A DNA stretch of 64,000 nucleotides from Acidimicrobiia bacterium (GTDB taxonomy: Bacteria; Actinomycetota; Acidimicrobiia; Spongiisociales; ZC4RG35), in NCBI GenBank assembly GCA_035253825.1, contig DATFBM010000034.1:24839-88838 (forward strand), given 5' to 3'. The notes beneath the pieces are model-generated. The model saw only the letters and a program-made list of their open reading frames with translations. It searched no databases and was not told the DNA's origin. The position numbers and the translations under genes are program-made. Numbering within the stretch: the stretch's first letter is position 1; each line of letters starts with the position of its first letter. Shown here piece after piece: positions 1 to 8,284 of this stretch.

Positions 1-32
1 GACGCCGCCTCGCCTCCGCCCTCTTCTAAATC

Positions 33-81
33 GCGACCCAGGGTCGCAGCCGTGGCACAGCAACGGTTGCGGCCCACAGAG
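33..81. repeat. Left arm of an imperfect inverted repeat (about 49 bp, roughly 78% identical to the reverse complement of 1027..1075). The two arms bracket the DUF559 gene.
   Basis: Aligned by hand: GCGACCCAGGGT...CAACGGTT...GCCCACAGA is shared between 33..81 and the reverse complement of 1027..1075, with 38 of 49 positions matching. Confidence 0.6.
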
Positions 82-85
82 TGAA

Positions 86-1078
86 TCAAACGAGGGCGGT
101 CCTCAATTGCTCGACCACAAAGTCGGGCCGACTGGTGAAGTCTCTCCAGGTGAAGCGAAAGATGCGCCAGTTGTGGATAAGGGCAAGATTGTCCCGGTTG
201 CGATCGTTCTGGAAATCGGCCAGTCGACTATGCCAGCGTTTGCTATCGGCCTCACAACCGACGCAACACGAGGGCCAAGCGAAATCAATCCGATTGGTTG
301 GATCCCACGGCGCTGGGTACTGCCAATTCGGCCTGGGGAGCCCACCCGCTTCAAAGACCGACATACCGACCTTCTCCAGCCGAGAAGCGGTCACTAACTC
401 ATCACTCAAGCGCTCGGCAAGCAATTCCCTCATCAACCTCGAGCCAGTCCGACCGGGCCTTGCTACCTCCTTGAACACCTGATGGAGCTCTTCGATATCA
501 GTTCGCCCGCCCGCAAGCTCCTCATCCAGCGCCCTTGCCAATGCCTTTCGGTGTACGGTCGCGGCTAGATCGACGAGTGTTCTTGCTGGAGTGGTGGTCA
601 TGTAGTTGCCTACGCGTCTCCGATGATCTTGCGCGAGATCGAGCGACCGATGGACGGTGACTCCGGGAAAGTCATGAGTGGTCCGAGAATGAACTGTGAC
701 TACGGCCTTGGATCTCACGACGAATGGGATCTGATGAATCTCAGCGGCCGATTCATGGGAGATCGTCGGGTCAGGAAGAATGGCCATCGCCGCGGCCAAT
801 GCTTCCCGAAAACCGCCGCCCATCCCGGTCACTCGATAGAGGCCTTTGTGGACCGAGGTCCATACTCCGCTTTCCACGCGATGTCTGATCGCCGCTTCCG
901 ACAAACCGAGGTCTACGGCCTGTTGGTGCCCGAGAAGTCCACCCTGCCGGCAGCCCAGTGCGGCCAACTGATAATCGCTCTTCACCCTGAGACCGTGACA
1001 TACGCGAGACCCGTCGTCTAGGGGCCCGTCTGTGGGCTGAAACCGTTGTCCAGCAACGGTTCCTACCCTGGGTCGCAA
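86..1078 (-). CDS. DUF559 (Vsr-like/very-short-patch-repair endonuclease fold) domain protein with an N-terminal AbiEi-like region.
   Basis: The C-terminal ...NRIDFAWPS...ADSKRWHSRLADFQNDRNRDNLALIHNWRIFRFTWRDF tail is typical of actinobacterial DUF559 proteins. The 330-aa ORF is flanked by inverted repeats. Confidence 0.7.
   Translation of the reverse strand: MRPRVGTVAGQRFQPTDGPLDDGSRVCHGLRVKSDYQLAALGCRQGGLLGHQQAVDLGLSEAAIRHRVESGVWTSVHKGLYRVTGMGGGFREALAAAMAILPDPTISHESAAEIHQIPFVVRSKAVVTVHSRTTHDFPGVTVHRSLDLAQDHRRRVGNYMTTTPARTLVDLAATVHRKALARALDEELAGGRTDIEELHQVFKEVARPGRTGSRLMRELLAERLSDELVTASRLEKVGMSVFEAGGLPRPNWQYPAPWDPTNRIDFAWPSCCVGCEADSKRWHSRLADFQNDRNRDNLALIHNWRIFRFTWRDFTSRPDFVVEQLRTALV
1027..1075. 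repeat. Right arm of the inverted repeat flanking the DUF559 gene.
   Basis: Reverse complement matches 33..81 (see the left arm). It overlaps the DUF559 start codon region. Confidence 0.6.
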
Positions 1079-1079
1079 T

Positions 1080-1586
1080 ATGGCTAAGCAATATCAGGCC
1101 GCACCCGAGCTCAGCATCGACCTGGCGAAGAGGTACACCGCCCAACTCGACACCAACCATGGCCCGATCACGATCGAGCTCAACCCCGAGCGGTCGCCGC
1201 AAACGGTCAACAACTTCGTTTTCCTCGCCCGCGAGGGCTTCTACGACGGTGTCATCTTCCACCGGGTCGTCCCCGGCTTCGTCATCCAGGGCGGAGACCC
1301 CACCGGAACCGGACGCGGCGGACCGGGATACAAGTTCCGAGACGAAGTCGAGGGACCCGGCACCTACGAGCGCGGTGTGGTTGCCATGGCCAATTCCGGT
1401 CCCAATACCAACGGAAGCCAGTTCTTCATTTGCCTGGAAAAGGTCGGCCTCCCCCACGCCTACACGATCTTTGGTGAGGTGACGGACGGGATGGAGGCGG
1501 TCGACGCCATCGCCGCACTCCCCACCAAAGGCGAGCGACCGACCCAGGACGCGGTGATCAACTCGATTCAGGTCGAGGAGAGCTAG
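1080..1586 (+). CDS. Cyclophilin-type peptidyl-prolyl cis-trans isomerase.
   Basis: HRVVPGFVIQGGDPTGTGRGGPGY...MANSGPNTNGSQFFI cyclophilin signature; 168 aa. Confidence 0.9.
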   Translation: MAKQYQAAPELSIDLAKRYTAQLDTNHGPITIELNPERSPQTVNNFVFLAREGFYDGVIFHRVVPGFVIQGGDPTGTGRGGPGYKFRDEVEGPGTYERGVVAMANSGPNTNGSQFFICLEKVGLPHAYTIFGEVTDGMEAVDAIAALPTKGERPTQDAVINSIQVEES

Positions 1587-2311
1587 AGGCCGAGCAAGCC
1601 TTCGAGACCAACCGTCACCGGCCCGGCCATGGTTCCCACCGATCTGATCGCCAAGAGGATGCCGGGGACATACCCCGAGCGATCGCTCTGGTTATGACTG
1701 ATCTCGAGCGTCTCTCCCGGGTTGCCAAACAAGACGTCTTGATGTGCCAGAAGCCCTGGAAGCCGCACGGAATGGACCCACACTCCCCCCACCTCGGCCC
1801 CCCGCGCCCCGGGAATCGATTCGGTTGACTCCACCGCCCGGGCACCGTTGGGCTTCATACGCTCGGCGGTGGCGAGGGCGGTGCCCGAAGGGGCATCGCT
1901 CTTGCGATCGTGGTGCAACTCGATGACCTCCGCCGCCGTGAAATATGGCGAGGCCTTCTCCGCCAACCACATCATGAGCACCGCCCCGATCGAAAAGTTG
2001 GGGACCACCAAGCATTGACCTGGCCCTTCTCCCCAGATTTGGCGGAGGCTGCCGAGCTGATGCCGATCGAACCCCGAGCTCCCCACCACCACGTTCCCAC
2101 CAAAGGAGTGCCAGTGCCGGACATTCTCTAATGCAGTGGCGGTGGGCCCGAACTCGACGATAACTTCGGCAGCCCTCATCACCTCGGCATCGTCGAACCC
2201 GTGACCGGGGGCATAGCGTCCAATCAGCTCGAGATCCGTTGTCGACTCCACTGCGTCGCAGCACAGCGACCCCATCCGACCCGCCGCCCCGGATACGGCG
2301 ACCGTGGTCAC
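1583..2311 (-). CDS. dapB: 4-hydroxy-tetrahydrodipicolinate reductase.
   Basis: N-terminal VAVSGAAGRMG Rossmann motif, FSIGAVLMM and a HHDRK-type motif; 242 aa. Classic actinobacterial synteny with the M16 peptidase. Confidence 0.9.
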   Translation of the reverse strand: MTTVAVSGAAGRMGSLCCDAVESTTDLELIGRYAPGHGFDDAEVMRAAEVIVEFGPTATALENVRHWHSFGGNVVVGSSGFDRHQLGSLRQIWGEGPGQCLVVPNFSIGAVLMMWLAEKASPYFTAAEVIELHHDRKSDAPSGTALATAERMKPNGARAVESTESIPGARGAEVGGVWVHSVRLPGLLAHQDVLFGNPGETLEISHNQSDRSGYVPGILLAIRSVGTMAGPVTVGLEGLLGL

Positions 2312-3603
2312 TTGACCCAGCGGTCGAATTCGCCCGGTTCGAGAGGTCCTACTACTCCCATCACGCGGGGGCCGGAATAAACGGCTTCCGCCACTTCCTT
2401 CACCGAATGGAGCGTCACCGCCTCGATCCGGGCAATGCGCTCGTCGATCGAGAGATGGGGCCCACCGTTGATCTCGTCACGCCCCAGGCGCACCATGCGG
2501 CTGTTGGGATCCTCCATTGACAGGGCGAGGCCACCTCGCAGCGATCCCTTGGCCCGCTCCAGTTCCTCTTCGGTGATCCCCTCCGCCAGGACGAGATCGA
2601 TCTCGTCTTGAATCAGCTGCAAGCAGGTGTCCGCTTGATCGGGGACCGTTCCGACGTATACCCCCCAGCCTCCTGTCTCGGCGTGAGCCATGCGGAATGA
2701 ATAGACCGAGTACGCCAAACCCCGTTCCTCTCGGATCTTCAGGAACAGGCGCGACGACATTCCTCCCCCAAGGATGTGATTGAGAACGTCGAAGGAGAAA
2801 CGACGATCGTCCTTGCGATCTAACGCTAGGCCACCGATGACAAAGTTGACCTGCTCGGTCTCCCGGCCGATCGAACGCACCACCGGCTCGAGAGTCGGCG
2901 CTCGGAACGAGTGGTCCACCGAGCTTCCCTGCCACTCTCCGAACAGCTCCTCGACCATGCCCACCGCCTCCTCGTGGGACACCGACCCCGCCATGGCCAC
3001 CACAGTCGACCCGGCCCCGTAGCGGCGCTGCCAGTAACCGTGGAGGTCATCGCGTCCCATAGCGTGGATCGACTCCCGAGTCCCGAGCACCGGGCCTTCC
3101 AGCGGGTGACCAGCGAAAAGTGCCTGCGTGAACTCTTCGAACGCGACGTCAGATGGGTCGTCGTCATTCATGTTGATCTCTTCGATCACGACCTGGCGCT
3201 CGGTATCGATCTCGTTGGGTCGAAAGGCTGGTCGCTGCAACATTTCGGCCAGGAGGTCGAGACCGACTCGGAGGTCTGAGTCCAATAGCCGCGCCCAGAA
3301 ACAGGTGTTGTCCTTCGAGGTGAAAGCGTTGGACTCGGCTCCGATGGCATCGAAGGTCTCGGCGATCATGCGGGCGGAGTACCGATCGGACCCCTTGAAG
3401 AGCAGGTGTTCCAGAAAATGAGAGGCCCCCGCTTCGTTGCGCTCCTCATCACGTGCTCCGGTATCGATCCAGCAACCCACCGCCACCGAACGCACCCAAG
3501 GCATCGTCTCGGTGATGACCCGGAGGCCGCTGGGGAGGGTCGTCAGCTCAAAGTGGGACTTTGGCGAGGGCATGGGCGAGGAGTGTAAGAGTGGGCGGGA
3601 CAT
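2308..3603 (-). CDS. M16 family (pitrilysin/insulinase-like) zinc peptidase, PepR-like.
   Basis: Inverted zinc motif HFLEHLLFKG (HxxEH) and TTLPSGLRV N-terminal region. The ORF is open to 3795, but I chose the internal Met (MSRPLL) at 3603 to avoid overlapping the divergent gene at 3647. Confidence 0.8.
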   Translation of the reverse strand: MSRPLLHSSPMPSPKSHFELTTLPSGLRVITETMPWVRSVAVGCWIDTGARDEERNEAGASHFLEHLLFKGSDRYSARMIAETFDAIGAESNAFTSKDNTCFWARLLDSDLRVGLDLLAEMLQRPAFRPNEIDTERQVVIEEINMNDDDPSDVAFEEFTQALFAGHPLEGPVLGTRESIHAMGRDDLHGYWQRRYGAGSTVVAMAGSVSHEEAVGMVEELFGEWQGSSVDHSFRAPTLEPVVRSIGRETEQVNFVIGGLALDRKDDRRFSFDVLNHILGGGMSSRLFLKIREERGLAYSVYSFRMAHAETGGWGVYVGTVPDQADTCLQLIQDEIDLVLAEGITEEELERAKGSLRGGLALSMEDPNSRMVRLGRDEINGGPHLSIDERIARIEAVTLHSVKEVAEAVYSGPRVMGVVGPLEPGEFDRWVK

Positions 3604-3646
3604 TGCCGGAACCCGTGGTTTGACGCCGGTGAGACAATGACCCCTT

Positions 3647-5719
3647 ATGCGCGTCCGTCCGAGCTCCCAACGGTCGACCTTCATGCGCGATCTTCTCTCC
3701 CCCGAAGAGAAGGCGATCGAGGCCGTTGTGGCCCGGTACCAGAGAGTGGCGCCGGCAGTCACCCGCTTTGCCCGCTCACTCTCGGGAAACGACAAGCTGC
3801 GCGTGATCCTCGGGCCCGATGCCGCCGCCTCCGATCAGGAAATCGTGTGCGACCCCCGCCTCTTTCAAGCCGCCACCAACCGCGAGGCTCCGGTTACAGC
3901 CGCCGAGATGGCTCTTGCATCAGCCATGCACGAGGTCGTGCACTTGATCTCCTCGAACTTCGACGATCCCGATTCTCCCGACGGCGCGACCGATCTTCTC
4001 GATCACCTTGAGAAAGAGGGAGGCCCGGTGGCCGAGGTCCTCTTCTTCAACCTCGAAGACGCCCGCCAGGAGGTTCAGGGGTTGGCCAGCTATCCGGGGG
4101 TTCGCTCGGTTCTCACCGACATCTACCAGTCGGCGATCTCCGCTGCCGTCTCCAAAGCCGGCCCACTCGGGCAATTCGTCCTCGGCTGCTTTCTCTATTG
4201 CGGCGACTACATCGAGCGCGAGGCCTTCGAACGAAGAGTCACCTCGCGGGCCCAGCAGGCGCTCTCGCACGCTCATCCCCTATGCCGCCAGGCCGCCAGC
4301 GCGGACGATCCGATGGTCGTGGTTGAGCTCGCCCTCGAACTGTTGGAGATCGCTCGCGACTACGGGCTGCTCAATTCAGTGCGCGAGGAAGGCACCCAAG
4401 CCCAGCAACGGATGCAGCAAAAACAGGACGCCGAAGACGCTGCCGATGGCGCCGACATGGTCCGCCTGCCCAGTCCCTCGGTTCAGAGCGCGGAGAGCTA
4501 TCACGACGTCGAGCGAGCGACGGAGGCCCGGGCCGGTCTCTCCGATCGAAAGGGCGCCTCGGAGCTGGCGGGAGACGCCTCCACCGATCAACTGCTCCGT
4601 GTGAGCGAAGCTCCCACCGTCTATCTCCCGACCGGAATGGGGGGAAAACTGATCGTGACCCCGGCCCCGGTCGCCTTTTCCCGCTTTGCCGAAAACGGCC
4701 GGCACGCCCTCGAGGTCGCCGCCCGCCGCTGGGGCGTAGCTCAGCGCCAGGTCTCCGGCGAGCTCTACCCGCTGTTCGCCGCCAATCAAAGAAGGGGCCT
4801 GCGCTCGGGCTATGACCAGGGCGACGTCTCCCCCCACGCTGCCCTTTTCATCGGCGCCGGTCTCTACCAGCGAATGTACGAACGAAGAGCGTCACGGACC
4901 CGGCGTTCTTACGCGGTGAGCCTTCTGGTCGATGCCTCGGCATCGATGCTGCAGCCACGCAACCAGGGAAGGGACCGGCATTCCTGGGGTATGAGCGCGG
5001 CTTTGTTGGGGGCGATGACGCTGGCGCGTCTTTGCCACGAGCTCCAGGTCGACTTCGAGGTGTCCCTCTTCAATCGCGGATTCGCATCCCGTCCCAACGA
5101 CACCGAATGGACCTACACCCGGGCGGCCAGCCAGGCTGCCGCCGGTCTCCGCCAAACCCATGGCACCGCCGCCGGCCGATTGACCTCAACCATCAATCAC
5201 TATCTGGTGAAGCCATTTGACCGGCGCTGGCGGGACGCTGAGGCAGTTTTGGCCGGGATGTTCTGGACAGCAGCCGAGCCCGCTCAAGCCGCCCTGGCCG
5301 CCCGCCGCAATCCCCGGGAGACGCCGCCGGTCTCGATGTTCGAGCGGGCGGCCAACGTCGACGAGTTCAATCTCATCCACGCCGCCGAGAGGATGGCCAA
5401 ACTCGGCGCCCAGGTGCGGGTGCTGGTGGTCCTCGCCGACGGGATGACACGCGGGTCGGTGGAAGCACTCACCTCCGCCGTCTCGGCGGTGGAACGCTCG
5501 GGGACGATCGTTCTCGGGATCGGCATCGGAGACGACACCGCCACCGGCGCCTATCACCGATTTGAGATCGTCAACCGCCCCGAGGAGCTCACCCGGGCGA
5601 TGGTTGAGGGAACGCGCAGCGCCCTCCGCCGTGGCCTGGCGCTTTGGGGCATCGACTCGTGGTGGCTGCGCCCCAACCGTTATGAAGTTCCCTATTTGAA
5701 GGAGGCAGTCAATGCCTGA
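3647..5719 (+). CDS. CobT-like vWA-domain protein. The N-terminal region carries an HExxH motif (AMHEVVH); the C-terminal von Willebrand A domain has a MIDAS motif (LLVDASASM).
   Basis: DxSxS MIDAS plus a downstream LADG vWA core. Size and architecture resemble aerobic cobaltochelatase CobT. It overlaps the downstream AAA+ gene by 8 nt. Confidence 0.75.
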   Translation: MRVRPSSQRSTFMRDLLSPEEKAIEAVVARYQRVAPAVTRFARSLSGNDKLRVILGPDAAASDQEIVCDPRLFQAATNREAPVTAAEMALASAMHEVVHLISSNFDDPDSPDGATDLLDHLEKEGGPVAEVLFFNLEDARQEVQGLASYPGVRSVLTDIYQSAISAAVSKAGPLGQFVLGCFLYCGDYIEREAFERRVTSRAQQALSHAHPLCRQAASADDPMVVVELALELLEIARDYGLLNSVREEGTQAQQRMQQKQDAEDAADGADMVRLPSPSVQSAESYHDVERATEARAGLSDRKGASELAGDASTDQLLRVSEAPTVYLPTGMGGKLIVTPAPVAFSRFAENGRHALEVAARRWGVAQRQVSGELYPLFAANQRRGLRSGYDQGDVSPHAALFIGAGLYQRMYERRASRTRRSYAVSLLVDASASMLQPRNQGRDRHSWGMSAALLGAMTLARLCHELQVDFEVSLFNRGFASRPNDTEWTYTRAASQAAAGLRQTHGTAAGRLTSTINHYLVKPFDRRWRDAEAVLAGMFWTAAEPAQAALAARRNPRETPPVSMFERAANVDEFNLIHAAERMAKLGAQVRVLVVLADGMTRGSVEALTSAVSAVERSGTIVLGIGIGDDTATGAYHRFEIVNRPEELTRAMVEGTRSALRRGLALWGIDSWWLRPNRYEVPYLKEAVNA

Positions 5720-6707
5720 GCAGGTCTCGATCTCCGATCCCACCGGTATTGGGCCCCCCATCTCCCTCGATCGCTTCGAGGTCCCCCGCAATCTGGAAGA
5801 CCACCAGCAAAGGGTGGGGAAGATCCCCGAGCCCGACCCGCACTATGTCGACCTGGGGATGCTCTATCGCTTTGCTCAGATCGAAGCCGTCCGCCGATCC
5901 GAGCCCGAAGGGTTCGCCCCCCTCCATCTCGCCGTGCGGGGTCACATGGGAACCGGCAAAGACCACGACATCGAACAGTTCGCTGCCCATATGGGGCTTC
6001 CCTACTACCGAATCCCGCTCACCGGCGAGGTCCGCGACGTCACCCTCATCGGCTCCACCCGCCTCCATGGCGACGGCAAGGGTGGTACCGAGAGCCGGTG
6101 GGAAGACGGCGACATCACCCGGGCGCTTCGAGGCCCGGCACTGCTCAATCTCTCGGAGCTGAACGCGGCCGGTGCCGAAACCCTCTTTGCCCTCCATGGG
6201 TTGCTCGACCGCTATGGGGCCCTCGACCTCCCCAATGGCGAAACTGTGCGCTTGCGTCCGGATGTGAGGGTGTTCGGCACCATGAATCCGACTGACATCC
6301 GCGACTACGCCGGAACCCAGACCTTGAACAAGGCTTTTGCCGACCGGTGGGTCATCTGGGAGAAGGACTTCCCCGCCGCCGAACAAATCCAGGCGATGCT
6401 CCGTCGGCGCTATCCGTCAATGAGAGACGACTACGTCGAGGCAATCGCCCGCCTGGCGATCGAAGTCAACGCCTCGTTTGTTGTCCCCGATGCCGCCACC
6501 CGCGTCGAGTCTCCACTCTCATTGCGGTCAGTGCTCGACCGAATCCCCACCGGCCTTCGCGTTTATCACTCCGATACCGATCCGCTGCGGCGGTCGTGGG
6601 AGGAGTTCGTCCTCCCCCACGTCGACTCCTTCGACCGCGATCACTACGAGACGGTCTGGAACGCGGTAGTTCGCAAGGGACCTGCTGCCACCCCCTTCGC
6701 CGCCTAG
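5712..6707 (+). CDS. CobS-like MoxR-class AAA+ ATPase.
   Basis: PEPDPHY...GHMGTGKDHDIEQFAAHMGLPYYRIPL aligns closely with the CobS segment PEIDPTY...GYHGTGKSTHIEQVAARLNWPCVRVNL. VFGTMNPTD and ADRWVIW also match CobS; 331 aa, comparable to CobS (about 332 aa). Confidence 0.8.
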   Translation: MPEQVSISDPTGIGPPISLDRFEVPRNLEDHQQRVGKIPEPDPHYVDLGMLYRFAQIEAVRRSEPEGFAPLHLAVRGHMGTGKDHDIEQFAAHMGLPYYRIPLTGEVRDVTLIGSTRLHGDGKGGTESRWEDGDITRALRGPALLNLSELNAAGAETLFALHGLLDRYGALDLPNGETVRLRPDVRVFGTMNPTDIRDYAGTQTLNKAFADRWVIWEKDFPAAEQIQAMLRRRYPSMRDDYVEAIARLAIEVNASFVVPDAATRVESPLSLRSVLDRIPTGLRVYHSDTDPLRRSWEEFVLPHVDSFDRDHYETVWNAVVRKGPAATPFAA

Positions 6708-8284
6708 CTCCGGCTCAATGCGGCGAAAAGTCTTTGGCGGGCTTCTTCGAGGCGATCCAGGGCCGCGAAGGCAGTGTCGGAAACCGTGTTCTCCACCGCC
6801 TCGCTGACCCGGGCGGCCACCAGCCGAGCTTGGCGTCGGCCAATCCATCCAGCATGGATGGAGAGCCCGGCCCCGAAGAGGAAGCTGGCGACCAGAGAGG
6901 CCACCACCAAGACGAGAGGTACTGGCACCGGCCCTAGGTGGGGCACCTCGACGCTCGATATCTCAATGCCTCCAGGCCCGAAGATGATCGTCAGATACCA
7001 AGCGATCGCGAACAGGAGCACGGCCCCGAGCGCGAGCTGGATTGCGCCGATGAAGCCCCAGAGAAACGAACGGGGAGGGCGCGCTGCTGCCCGGCTCTGA
7101 CGCGCCGCCTGGTCGACAGCGGAGACAAGACGCGCCTCGAGGTCGTCCATTCCCAGTGCCGCCATCGCCGGCCTTCGGGCGCCGGCTGGCAGTTTGGCCA
7201 GAGCATCGGTCACCACCCGTCGAATGGGATTGAGGATGTGACCGAGCGATCCTCGACGCCGCCAATTCATGAGATAACCCTCCGGATCAGCCGTCCGTCG
7301 ACGAGTGCCGGTAAGCGAGGAGAGCATGGCCAGGATTCGCACCAACAATGACCCACCTTGTCGGCGAGCCTGGTTCTGTACCGCCGCTCGCACCTGTCGA
7401 CCGACTCCGGGGGGATCGACCACAGAAAGCGCCCCGGCCACCGCTCCCTGGTTTGCTCGTTCCCTCGCCTTTGGGTCCACCAATGGCGGCGGTGGCGTCC
7501 CGGGTTGGATTCCGGCCTTGCTGGCCAGGTTCCTGAGAGCGGAGGTGGCATCCGTGGCGAGCTTGGCGGCAACCGCTGCCTTGCGATCCGCAGCCCCGGC
7601 GAGATGGCGCCGAAGGGCTGCGACGCCCTGTCCGGTGCGCGCCGAAAGCATCCGGATCGATGATCGGGCGATTCCGTCCATGGAAAGGCGCCGAGCCAAG
7701 TCCTCCTCGAGAAGTCTCTGGTCGTCGTCTCCCAATCGATCGGCCTTGTTGAAGAGGAAGACCATGCGATCGCCATGGGCCGAGAGCTGGCGCAAGTAAC
7801 CGTGCAGCCGCTCGTCGTCGTACTTTTCGGCGTCGACGACCCAATAGACGGCATCGATTCGAGGAAGCAGCGCATCGACTGTCGCCCGGTGAGCAACATT
7901 GACACTGTCGACGTCGGGTAGGTCGATGATCGCCACGTCAGCCAGATCCCGATGCTGATGATCGACGACAGCTTCGACCCCCACCCATTCCAAAAGTGGC
8001 TCGATCTCCTCGCGATCGTTCTCTTCCACCCAGGCGAGAGGACGCGACGTCGTCGGCCGGATGGCGCGCACTTCGCTCACGTTGCTTTCGGCCAGGGCAT
8101 TGAGTAGGGACGATTTGCCTACTCCGGTGCCTCCCGCCAGAGCGATCACATAGGTATTGCCCTCAAATCCGCTGCGCCGCTCGATGAGAGCCGCGGTTCG
8201 CTCGGCCTCGGTGGTTTCGAGACCGAGATCCCGTGCCGCTTCGATCCCCTCGGCGAGAGCGACCAGGGATTGACTCAAGTTCAA
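6704..8284 (-). CDS. Membrane-anchored dynamin-like/HSR1-type GTPase, paralogue A.
   Basis: G1 P-loop GGTGVGKSSLLNAL and G4 NKAD. The C-terminal has two hydrophobic helices (LALGAVLLFAIAWYL.. / LVLVVASLVASFLFGAGL); 526 aa. Confidence 0.7.
   Translation of the reverse strand: MNLSQSLVALAEGIEAARDLGLETTEAERTAALIERRSGFEGNTYVIALAGGTGVGKSSLLNALAESNVSEVRAIRPTTSRPLAWVEENDREEIEPLLEWVGVEAVVDHQHRDLADVAIIDLPDVDSVNVAHRATVDALLPRIDAVYWVVDAEKYDDERLHGYLRQLSAHGDRMVFLFNKADRLGDDDQRLLEEDLARRLSMDGIARSSIRMLSARTGQGVAALRRHLAGAADRKAAVAAKLATDATSALRNLASKAGIQPGTPPPPLVDPKARERANQGAVAGALSVVDPPGVGRQVRAAVQNQARRQGGSLLVRILAMLSSLTGTRRRTADPEGYLMNWRRRGSLGHILNPIRRVVTDALAKLPAGARRPAMAALGMDDLEARLVSAVDQAARQSRAAARPPRSFLWGFIGAIQLALGAVLLFAIAWYLTIIFGPGGIEISSVEVPHLGPVPVPLVLVVASLVASFLFGAGLSIHAGWIGRRQARLVAARVSEAVENTVSDTAFAALDRLEEARQRLFAALSRS

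Noticed and set aside
771-1457. Long antisense/alternate-frame ORFs throughout the track (e.g. 771..1457, 1692..2264, 7267..7905, 8545..9069, 12152..13456, 17178..17750, 34361..34822, 62353..63882)
   Set aside because: They overlap well-supported genes on the other strand or frame and have Arg/Pro/Gly-rich low-complexity translations. This is the expected artefact of about 70% GC DNA.
3647-6707. Bona fide aerobic cobaltochelatase CobST
   Set aside because: No CobN or other cob genes are in the neighbourhood, the gene order is reversed, and an HExxH motif is present. I keep it as CobS/CobT-like rather than assigning the chelatase function.
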